IMG/VR virus record: IMGVR_UViG_2832249651_000002
Location: 1-64,000 of that record
From: a virus
Taxonomy: Duplodnaviria; Caudoviricetes
Direction: 5' to 3' (one strand)
Length of the DNA: 64,000 nucleotides
In this document: one piece after another, positions 40,255 through 49,500 of the stretch
Position numbering within the stretch: the stretch's first letter is position 1
Layout of the letters: every line of letters starts with the position of its first letter
Translations under genes and position numbers: made by a program
The notes under the pieces: generated by a model
Told to the model about the DNA's origin: nothing
The model's input: only the letters and a program-made list of their open reading frames with translations
Databases searched by the model: none

Positions 40255-41457
40255 TTATTCATACCACTTACCATAGAACTTAATTGAGCCACTTAAATTG
40301 TCCGTAAAAATCATTAAGGGTCTTTCAAATTCTAACGTATTGTCAATTAAAGTTGATGGCATACCTGAATTATAATTAGTTACTGCTATGAACTTTTTTT
40401 CACTAACATCCCATAGACTTATCTGGCTAAAACTCCCTTGACCTCCTTTATAATCTATAGCAATAAACACTCTATTATTTTTATCAACTGTTATACTTGG
40501 ATATCCCCTATTCCAGCTATTTCCAGAGGTTATCTTAACAGAATTAATCCATGTAACCCCATCGTCGATTGAGTATATATATCTCGTATTTAATGCCACT
40601 GTATCTACATTATCTGTTCCATGCCAAGATACATGAATTATTCCATCGTTATCCTTGCAAACGGATGGTTCTGTTTGAGGGTATGGGTCAGTAAATGAAG
40701 TAGGATAGATTATAGATAATTTCCATGAACTGTTAATTACCCCCGCATGTGTACTAGGAAGGTTTGGATTTTTACCAATTGCTCTAATTTGGTAATAACT
40801 TGATTGTTTATATGCTACAATTATCAGTGGATAGTCATTACTATCTAATACTATACTTGGGGATTCAAAAGAATAGCCATTACTAGTAGCAATAGTAACT
40901 TGTGTTGGAGTGTCCCATATACCCTTTCCATCACTACCTATAACACCCTTACAATATCTGATATTAGTAGTATTAGGATATAATGAGTTTTTATCAGACC
41001 AACAAACATGAATTTCAGTACCTTCCTTGTTTATTGTTGCTGATATATTACCTAATGAAGTAGAAGTTACACTTATGTTATCTCTCCTAATAAACGCAAA
41101 GTCTCTACTTCTATGAGTGACTACTTGAATTGTACTACTACCTACCCCCAAAATAATAAAAATATAATCTTTATTATTTACGATTGCCCAATCATTAGGT
41201 ATTCCACTCGTATTAATATTTGTAGGAGAAGTAAAAGTTTCACCCTTATCTAAACTCCTATAAATATACAAAGTAGTTGATGCATTTCTAGCACTTGCTA
41301 TTAATGTTCCATCTGACAATCTTACTGACTTTCTACCTCCATTCCCCTTAGTTGTATAAGCTTGATTTACTACTGTAGTTGGGGTAGTTCTATCAATTAA
41401 TTCACAAACCATTCCACCCTTTTTTTCAACACCTAATCTGACTCTATCAGCTAACAC
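40255..41457 (-). CDS. BNR/Asp-box beta-propeller (sialidase-like fold) receptor-binding candidate
   Basis: YRSLDKGETF and YSIDDGVTW Asp boxes; repeated PS(I/V)xxD blades. Confidence 0.7.
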   Translation of the reverse strand: MLADRVRLGVEKKGGMVCELIDRTTPTTVVNQAYTTKGNGGRKSVRLSDGTLIASARNASTTLYIYRSLDKGETFTSPTNINTSGIPNDWAIVNNKDYIFIILGVGSSTIQVVTHRSRDFAFIRRDNISVTSTSLGNISATINKEGTEIHVCWSDKNSLYPNTTNIRYCKGVIGSDGKGIWDTPTQVTIATSNGYSFESPSIVLDSNDYPLIIVAYKQSSYYQIRAIGKNPNLPSTHAGVINSSWKLSIIYPTSFTDPYPQTEPSVCKDNDGIIHVSWHGTDNVDTVALNTRYIYSIDDGVTWINSVKITSGNSWNRGYPSITVDKNNRVFIAIDYKGGQGSFSQISLWDVSEKKFIAVTNYNSGMPSTLIDNTLEFERPLMIFTDNLSGSIKFYGKWYE

Positions 41458-42283
41458 TCACACCACCTCCAAACATTGCTATCCACCTATTAGCAACTTT
41501 TGAAGAAGATATAAAAGTAATTATATACTCTGTGTTGGCTTTTGTTAAGTCTGGTATCCCATTTACCCAAACAACATTAGATGGAAATGCTATTGACTTA
41601 GGAGTACTTTCTTGAATGATTGTTAACGTGAAAGAATCTACATAACTAATATCCTGATTACTCGGTATCATATATTCTGTGTTGCCAGTGATAGTATGAA
41701 TAAACATATTGCCTTGCAGTATATTTATTATAGGGGAAATACCATCTAATACAATTGCATTTTCTCTGTATGCTTTTAAAGATGGGTTTGTTACTAAATT
41801 ATATCCATGATTAACTTCTCCAGTAAAATTCCCACCTAGTGATGATATTTGTTCTGTCCAAGATGTCCAGTTGTTATTATACCTATGTCTAGTGAACAAG
41901 ACATTATCTGAATAACCCCAAGCTATCTGTTTTATATTATCATTATCTCCACCACCACGATTATATTTTAAATTTACAATATAATAATAGCTTCCGTTAG
42001 TTGGAGCGTTGTTTTCAGAAGTGCCTAATGCTATTCCCAAGTAACCCTCACCAGTTAACATATTAAAGTCAACGGAACCTAGATTACCCTTAGAGAATAA
42101 GTTATTTATTTTCCCATTCAATACTTTACCTTGAGTGGCATCTAATGCTTTTCCTATCTCAGTTTCATCAAGATTATTAACTATCATTGAATTATCCAAT
42201 TTATTGTCAAGTTCATCTTTTAGTGTTTGTGACAATTCCTGTCGTGTGATTAATCCATCACTCATAAAATCACCTTCTCTCAT
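41447..42283 (-). CDS. Tail fibre protein with pyocin-knob-like domain
   Basis: ALDATQGKVLN, DFN..GEGY..NAP..Q.A..FTR...WTSW. Confidence 0.75.
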   Translation of the reverse strand: MREGDFMSDGLITRQELSQTLKDELDNKLDNSMIVNNLDETEIGKALDATQGKVLNGKINNLFSKGNLGSVDFNMLTGEGYLGIALGTSENNAPTNGSYYYIVNLKYNRGGGDNDNIKQIAWGYSDNVLFTRHRYNNNWTSWTEQISSLGGNFTGEVNHGYNLVTNPSLKAYRENAIVLDGISPIINILQGNMFIHTITGNTEYMIPSNQDISYVDSFTLTIIQESTPKSIAFPSNVVWVNGIPDLTKANTEYIITFISSSKVANRWIAMFGGGVSVS

Positions 42284-42340
42284 TATTTATGCAACTTTGC
42301 TAGAAAGGCATAAAAAATACACCTTTCTAGGTGTTATTAG

Positions 42341-42478
42341 TTAAAAATCTAATTCAGTAATTTCTTTATATTGTGCTTCTGTTATTTCTCCAAAAGGATT
42401 ACTTTCTGTTTTTACCGCCAATCTTAATTGCTCTGCTGATACCCATTTCATATTAAATGCTAATTTCCAAAATGCCAT
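42341..42478 (-). CDS. xkdX: XkdX-family small protein
   Basis: MAFWK..F..KW..AEQL..AV...ITEAQYKEIT. Confidence 0.75.
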   Translation of the reverse strand: MAFWKLAFNMKWVSAEQLRLAVKTESNPFGEITEAQYKEITELDF

Positions 42479-42479
42479 T

Positions 42480-42836
42480 CTAGATTCCTCCTTGTAATAG
42501 TTGTAATTTTATGCTTGTAAGTTCTTGACCTAAAGTGTCTATGATGTTGTCTTTAGATATATTAGACAATTTTAGCATTGTAATTTCTTGTCCTAATATT
42601 TCTATTTCGCTTGGCTCTTTTTCAGGTTGTTTGTTTAACTCGTCAATTTCTTCTTGACTCATATCTTCAATCCATTCTATATCTGTCCATTTTGCACGAT
42701 ATAAGCCATTTGGAGGGGTTACAGTTATTATATCCTTTTCTAATTCCTCAAGAGGATTACCTTCCTTATCAAATTCAACTACATGTTTTTCTATTATATA
42801 GCCATTTTCATCTATTTTAAATACTTCTTTTATCAT
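42480..42836 (-). CDS. Tail-fibre chaperone (XkdW-like)
   Basis: IDENGY, PPNGLYRAKW...WIE, coiled C-terminus; precedes xkdX. Confidence 0.65.
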   Translation of the reverse strand: MIKEVFKIDENGYIIEKHVVEFDKEGNPLEELEKDIITVTPPNGLYRAKWTDIEWIEDMSQEEIDELNKQPEKEPSEIEILGQEITMLKLSNISKDNIIDTLGQELTSIKLQLLQGGI

Positions 42837-42849
42837 ATATTCTCCTCCT

Positions 42850-44262
42850 TTAAGTAGCTATAAAACTAAAGTTAAAATATATAGTTTTATGAGGTTGACC
42901 CCTCCCAATATACAAATCACCTGTTGGATAAAGTTCTGCGGTGCATAATATATATTCGCTGATTAGAGTAAATGCTGTTTCCATAACATCATATTGAGGC
43001 CTATAACCTACAGGAAGCTGAAATACAGCACCTGCAGGTGTATTATGAGAGCAATTCCCCGTTACATGAACTACCCCACAAGCATCCTTTCTGTACTTTA
43101 TAGTACCCGTCCATCCATTTATGAGTGTAGCATTTATCCAACTAGTGTTAGCTTGTAAATTTAAAATTCCTGTAAGAGTATCTCCTGATTTACGTATCCT
43201 AGAATTATACAAATCTGATATATTTGTAGAAATGCTTGATTGAACTCCATTTGCAATTGGTATATCATCCCCTGTCAACTGTACTTCACCAGTCTTAGAA
43301 TTTACACTTTTGACTTTACCTGCATTTGCTAGAACATATTTAGTTTGCTCTGTTAAAGCTTTGCCTTTTAACTCTTCAGGTAAGGTAGGGTCGTTTATGT
43401 CTCCTATTTGATTTTGTACTGAATCAACTTTTGAATTTATGTCGGTCACATTTTGCTGTACATTTGAAACATCATCTTGAATATCACTAAGTTTACCTGT
43501 CAATCCTTGAACTCTATTTTGTGGTATAGAATCTATCGAAATCACACTCCCGCTGACACTACCATCTTCACCTACGGGTATGTTTTTCCACACTTCTATA
43601 GTCACCTTTGATTCTACTTCTAAAGCCTTATTTAGCTTTATCTTTTTTTCATCTATTGTGTAAAAGTCACTATCTCTAGGTATGGCATTTATATATAATT
43701 TGACTATATCTGTAGCCTTATCAAAACTTTCCAGAGGTATGGTTATTTCCGTAGTACCAATATCGACATTATGAAATTTATACTCATACACGTTCAATTT
43801 TGGTATTCCAGTTTCGGTCACTAAGGTTATTTGTTCATCTGTATAGTCCTTGGCTTTTTGTTCTGCTTGGTTTATTTTATTGCCGAGTTCAGATAATTGA
43901 TTTCCATCAATCTTAACAGTATAAGTAGCATCGGCAGTTAATATATCAGATTCTAAAATAGGAGTAGTGAATATAATAGCACCGCCACCATAGTCAATTT
44001 CAAAATCATCAGTGATAATTACACCATTTTTCTTGATTGATGGGGTAGGGGAGAGGAGCCAGTTTCTTTTTCCTTCTGGTGCTTGATAAATTCTACACCT
44101 ATCATCATTAGATATAAACACTTCGGATAAAGGTATATCAGTTTCAGAAATAGTATTCATACCAATGGATTCTTCAATTTTTCCAACAGCTTCCTGTAGT
44201 CCAGAAATATGAGGGGAGATAATTTCCCCAGTTTTAGGATCTTGCCAATTTGTTTTAGCCAT
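42850..44262 (-). CDS. Tail fibre / receptor-binding protein
   Basis: VKSVNSKTGEV, KSGDTLTG, C-terminal L.NGW...FQLPVGYRP. Confidence 0.8.
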   Translation of the reverse strand: MAKTNWQDPKTGEIISPHISGLQEAVGKIEESIGMNTISETDIPLSEVFISNDDRCRIYQAPEGKRNWLLSPTPSIKKNGVIITDDFEIDYGGGAIIFTTPILESDILTADATYTVKIDGNQLSELGNKINQAEQKAKDYTDEQITLVTETGIPKLNVYEYKFHNVDIGTTEITIPLESFDKATDIVKLYINAIPRDSDFYTIDEKKIKLNKALEVESKVTIEVWKNIPVGEDGSVSGSVISIDSIPQNRVQGLTGKLSDIQDDVSNVQQNVTDINSKVDSVQNQIGDINDPTLPEELKGKALTEQTKYVLANAGKVKSVNSKTGEVQLTGDDIPIANGVQSSISTNISDLYNSRIRKSGDTLTGILNLQANTSWINATLINGWTGTIKYRKDACGVVHVTGNCSHNTPAGAVFQLPVGYRPQYDVMETAFTLISEYILCTAELYPTGDLYIGRGQPHKTIYFNFSFIAT

Positions 44263-44276
44263 TTATATCACCACCA

Positions 44277-44798
44277 TTACGATATAGTAATTTGTAATTG
44301 AATTACCCATGTGTCGGGATTAGCCTTTGTCCTGAGTGCAGATTCGACCTTGCGATTCAAGTTCTTGGCGGAGTCGGAAAGTCCGTTTGCAACTGTAAAC
44401 TCACGCCAATTATGATTACCTTCATCAGGTCCAAAAGTAGAGCGGAAGGTTACAATATTATTAGAAACTTGAGGGTAAGTAGAATCCATAGGAGCATAGC
44501 TTTTATTAGCACCTAATAATCCAGTTTGACTGGCACTAGCAGCAGTAGTTCCATCACCAACACCAATGTAAGCGTTACTGTTGTTGAATGGAGTTTCAGA
44601 GCCACCAATCAATAGAGTGAGTAGGGAAGTGATACCCTCACTTAAAAGTAGGTTTCCTTTGATTTCTTCTATTTCATATAGCTTCATATTTTTATCGTAT
44701 TTTTCAATAGTCCATTTAGGTTGCCATTTAGCATGTTCAGCAATTCCAAGTCCAGCACCAACAGCTATAGTATCTATTCCAAAGCCTTTTTCAAGCAT
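44277..44798 (-). CDS. Minor tail structural protein
   Basis: AYIGVGDGTTA...L, TF...EGN..WREF pattern. Confidence 0.6.
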   Translation of the reverse strand: MLEKGFGIDTIAVGAGLGIAEHAKWQPKWTIEKYDKNMKLYEIEEIKGNLLLSEGITSLLTLLIGGSETPFNNSNAYIGVGDGTTAASASQTGLLGANKSYAPMDSTYPQVSNNIVTFRSTFGPDEGNHNWREFTVANGLSDSAKNLNRKVESALRTKANPDTWVIQLQITIS

Positions 44799-44859
44799 AT
44801 AATCAACTCCTTTAAAATTAGTAAAATAAAAAAGCCACTCAATTAAGAATGGCTTATAA

Positions 44860-45168
44860 TTATTTATTTTTATTTAGTTCATAAACAGTAGCTTCAATCA
44901 GAGCATCTAGTTGTTCATCAGTAACTTTAATGCCCTTGGAGTTCAGGAACTCTAATACATATTCTTTTTTATCTTTGCCTTTACCTTTTTCTTTGTAGAT
45001 TTGTTCTGCTGCATTAACAGCTATCTGAACCCAAAATATTGTGTTATCTCTTTGTTCTTTAGTAGTTTTAGATTTTAAAAATGGTACTATTATATATGTT
45101 ATAATAGCACCAATAAAAGTAATTAAAGCAGTACCTATACTTACAACAGCATCACCGTTCATAATCAT
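44860..45168 (-). CDS. LL-H-family holin
   Basis: TM helix, AVNAAEQIY, IEATVYE. Confidence 0.85.
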   Translation of the reverse strand: MIMNGDAVVSIGTALITFIGAIITYIIVPFLKSKTTKEQRDNTIFWVQIAVNAAEQIYKEKGKGKDKKEYVLEFLNSKGIKVTDEQLDALIEATVYELNKNK

Positions 45169-45180
45169 TTACCACCTTTC

Positions 45181-45954
45181 TTATTTAGAAATTCTATCTA
45201 TAATAGACCAAAACAACCATTGAGGAACATTTTCCGCTAGAGTTTCTTTCCAAGTGTCTGGGCTATTTACAATTGGATTTCTATTATTATCTTTTTTCTT
45301 GCTTAAAGAATCTAATGATTTAATTCCCATTTCTTCTTGCCATTTAGCTAGTTCCATTTTAATCAACTCCCCAACTTTATCATTTTTTAATGAATTCAAG
45401 ATTTCGTCAAACTGAAAATTCTTACCAGGACAAAACGGTTTGGTGACAGGATTAATCTGATAATGTCCGACTATATGATTTCTATCTAGAGGTATGTCAA
45501 TTCCATAGATACGTTTAACTTCTTGGATTATATATTTGTGTAGCCATATACTAGCTTCTAGTTGTTTAGGCTCTAACCTTCCATTAGCTTCAGATGAAAA
45601 ACCTTCATGCTCAATTGATATAGTGTAATAATTAGCATTGGTTTTTCTATCTTTTACTTTAGATAGAGTAGATAAACTATAGTGCATTTTTGGATTTTTA
45701 CCTTTTAAATCTACAGAAGTTCCATTTGCTTTAGCTGTATCTGTAAGTTCTACTAGTTGAGTTATTTTTCCATCTTTAGCAACTACAAAGTGGGCAGACA
45801 CCCCCGAGTTTGGATTACATAACCAGCTAACTGCTCCGTTAAATCCACCTTCTGTGATATGAGAGACTATCATATCAGGTTTCCAGCCATTTCGACCTTT
45901 AGTAATATTAGGAGAGAGCTTTTTTACTATATTAAATTCTTTGCTCATAATCAT
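45181..45954 (-). CDS. N-acetylmuramoyl-L-alanine amidase endolysin
   Basis: HITEG, SAHFVV, SIEHE, GHY...CPG. Confidence 0.9.
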   Translation of the reverse strand: MIMSKEFNIVKKLSPNITKGRNGWKPDMIVSHITEGGFNGAVSWLCNPNSGVSAHFVVAKDGKITQLVELTDTAKANGTSVDLKGKNPKMHYSLSTLSKVKDRKTNANYYTISIEHEGFSSEANGRLEPKQLEASIWLHKYIIQEVKRIYGIDIPLDRNHIVGHYQINPVTKPFCPGKNFQFDEILNSLKNDKVGELIKMELAKWQEEMGIKSLDSLSKKKDNNRNPIVNSPDTWKETLAENVPQWLFWSIIDRISK

Positions 45955-46480
45955 TCACCTCTTTTTTAGGAGTTTCTTCTTCCTCATAAGGTTTCATTAA
46001 TTCTTTATTTTTCTTCTTTGAAAATAAAAGGAGCCAATCTAAGTCAGCTCCTGCTTCAATTAAATTTTCTATATTAGATTGAAATTCTCTCATAAACATT
46101 ACAGAATAAACAAAAGATGCGATAAATATCCCTAACTGTTCTAAATATACAACTCTATAAGATAGTCCAGTTAAAATTGATATCATAAGATAAGATACAA
46201 TTTTTACCTCAGTACCTTTCCATAGAGTTTTACTAAATATTTTTTTCAACTTGACTGCATTTTTATATCCGTCATATTGCTTACATAGTGAGTACATTTT
46301 AGTTAAAACATCACAACCGGCAGCAGCTAATACAGCAATAAAAGACATACGATAAAAGGGGACAGGGAATAGGACATAACCTATAATTCCGAATATAGCC
46401 CCCCATATTGGTTTTGTTCCTGAAAATGCTTTTGACAAATATTCTACCATATCATTAAAAATACTTAAATTTTCATCCAT
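45932..46480 (-). CDS. Holin (phage holin 4-like)
   Basis: Several TM helices, D.LT, REFQSNIENL. Confidence 0.75.
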   Translation of the reverse strand: MDENLSIFNDMVEYLSKAFSGTKPIWGAIFGIIGYVLFPVPFYRMSFIAVLAAAGCDVLTKMYSLCKQYDGYKNAVKLKKIFSKTLWKGTEVKIVSYLMISILTGLSYRVVYLEQLGIFIASFVYSVMFMREFQSNIENLIEAGADLDWLLLFSKKKNKELMKPYEEEETPKKEVNDYEQRI

Positions 46481-46505
46481 GCCATACCCCCTGAATGTAG
46501 TTAAT

Positions 46506-49500
46506 TTATAAGGAAGTAAGTGAACGTTGGAGTTGCCTTACAAGAATTTCACTATCAATATCATCTTCCATATAATTTCTTTCGATGTTTAATAATTTAT
46601 CAATCTTAATTTCTTTACGATTATCAGTTAATGAGCTAGAAGATTGACTCATAGGTCTTTGATAAAGTACATCAATTAGAGTTTCTAGTCTAGTAGATAA
46701 ATCAGGAGGGAATACTAATTCTCCTGGTTTAAACATTGCAACTCCATATGATAAGGTTTTAGCTCCAGTATGGAATTCAGGATATTCTCCAAGATTAGGG
46801 TCACGGCCATACTTAATTCTAAGTCTATCATTTTCAGCCTGTAACCTTTGCATCTCTGCATTATTAGAATGACTAAATCCTTGTCTTTGAAGTTCTTTCC
46901 ATTTTTCACCGTTAGATTGAAATCTCAAATAATCAGCATCTGTCATGCCCCAATCATGCTTAGAGTATTTATCTTGAGAGTATCTATCGCCATAATCAGA
47001 AAGACTATTACCATAATCATTAATTCCATCTACAATGCTGCCAATAGAGTTATAATCTCCATCTCTTAAAGCATTTTCTAAAGGTATAAGATAATTTTTC
47101 TGAAATTCCTCAAACATACCTTTAGACATAGTGGAAGCTAAGGCAATAAGATTAATACTATGTTCATCAAAAGCTATCTCTATTTGTTTATAGGATTTAT
47201 CAAGTTTTTCTCGTTCCTCCCTAGCAGTATCCTCAACAGATTTAACTTCATCTTGTAGTACCTTTTTCTTATCTTCAAGAGATTGCTTTTTAAGGTCAAC
47301 TTCTCTTTTGTGTTCAGCTTCATCAATCTGTTTTAAGAGTTCAGTAACTTTCTTTCTAGCATCTTCAGATGTTCTAACTTGCCAGTAGGCTAATTGTTCT
47401 TTAAGGTCAGCCATTTTTTTATCGTGGTCATATTCATCTTCCTGTCTACTAAGAAGTTCTAACTCTTTTTCAATAGCTTTAATTTCATCTTCATGTATAG
47501 ATTTCTTCTTTTTAGCTTCTTCCTCGATTTGTTCAATCCTCTTATCATGAGCTTCTTTAATAGTTTTCTGCTGGTCAGAAATTTGTTTCTTGTATAGGTC
47601 AAATAGATTTTCAATCCTAGATTGTTCTTCAGATAGAGTGGAGGCTTTAACCTCATATAACTCACGATATTTTTTAATTTGTTCATCAACACTTAAAAGA
47701 CCAAGTTTAGTCAAATGTTTAATTGAGTTTTCTTCCCTAGAAAATGAGTCTGTCATAACTTGATTTCTTAACTTATATAGATTAAGAGTAGCTTGTTTTA
47801 CGGCTTCGATATTATTGCTTTGATTTTTTCTAACCCTTTCCCAAGCTGCAATCTCATCTTCAACTGAAAGTTCGTTAAGGTTCTTCTTTTGATTAATCCA
47901 GTTAATTGAATCTTGTAAGGTTCTATCTCTTAATCGTTTTTCAGCAGAGTAGATACGTTCAGCCATATCCATTCTTTCATCAGCAGTTTTGACATATAAG
48001 AAATTAATTCTATTAAGTTCTGCTATTTCAGTTTTAATACTAGCTTGAGTTTCTTCTGATATTTTCTTTCTATGCTCCAAAAGTTTCAATGCTTCTTGTA
48101 ACTGTTTATTTTCATATTTACCATCTTTAGAATCTCTAACGTTAGCAAGGTTTATGCCTTTAAAATCAACAGAGCTAATATCTAAAGCGATATTTCTGAA
48201 TCGTTCTTCAATTTCTTTATATTTTTTTGCAGCAGATAGTGTATTTATTGCATCTATATTGCCGCTTACCATATCTTGTGCTAATCTACCTTTGACTAAG
48301 TGTTTTTCCATTTCATCATTACTTGTAGTCAGCACATTATAATATTCAGCCCATTTACCAGATAAGTTTTTAATTAAGTTACTTTCAACTATTTCCTTAG
48401 CATGTGCTAGTGATTTAACATTTTCTAAGTCTTTATTATAAAATTCACCTAACTTATCAACTAATTCTTTATTACCCTTGACCTTGGCATTGAAAAATTC
48501 TTCATTAATCATCAATATATCGGCATAAGCTTGTTTCTGAACCTTTTCCTCCTGCCGAATTATAGCTGTCAACTGCTTATGGAGTTCTTTTTCATCATCT
48601 AGGTAGGGGAGTAGTTCTTGATGCTTAGAAATTATCTCTTGCTTAGATTTAGCAGATAGACCTTCTTTAGAATTTAATTCTGCTAAAAATGAATTATACC
48701 TTTGGATTTTAGAGGTAACATCTTCAAAAGATTTTGCCAGTGCATCTGTGATTTCTTTACTAGCTTGCAAGATTTCATTATTTTTATTAGCTTTGTTGGA
48801 GTTATCGATTAGTGATTCTGTATTTCCTTCATAAATGGCAGTTAGTATCTTTTTAGCTTCTTGAAATGAATCTGTATTCATCGTAAGAGTAGAAATAGTT
48901 TCTTTTGCTTTTTCTATTGCTTTTGTATATCTTTCTAACTCTTTTGACTCAAAAGATCCCAAAGGTGTTTTTAAACTTTTCAATGTCAATTCTTTCGCCA
49001 AGACCTCAAGTTCTTTTAGCATATCTTTTTGTCTTTCTAATTCCTCTAAATCCTTTTGATAATTATACTCTCCACCACTGATAATACTTTGAGCTTTTAA
49101 TTCAAGTCTTTTTAGTTCTTCTTCATTTAATTTTTCTATTATACTAACTTGTTCTGATAAAGACATGCTTTCGTTTTCAATGACACTTTTGCTTTGAGGA
49201 AGTAAATCAATTATTTTCTGCTTTGCTGTTGCTAATTTCTCTTGTTCGTCAGTAGCCAATGAACTTTTATTTGCTAATTCTTCGTAAGTGGATAACAAAC
49301 TCTTCAGATCACTATAGATTTCTTTCTGTTGATTAAATACCTCAATAGCTCTTTCCTGTTCCTCTCTTTGTTTCTTGATTGCATTAGTAATAGCAACAAC
49401 AACTCCTACAGTAGCAGATAAAGCGATTAGGGGATTAGCCTGTGCAAAAGCTATCATGCCAGCAGTACCACCATTTAATGCGTCACCCAATTCATATATC

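Noticed and set aside
39725-44262. Diversity-generating retroelement or invertible fibre shufflon
   Set aside because: No reverse transcriptase, template/variable repeat pair, invertase or inverted cassette seen
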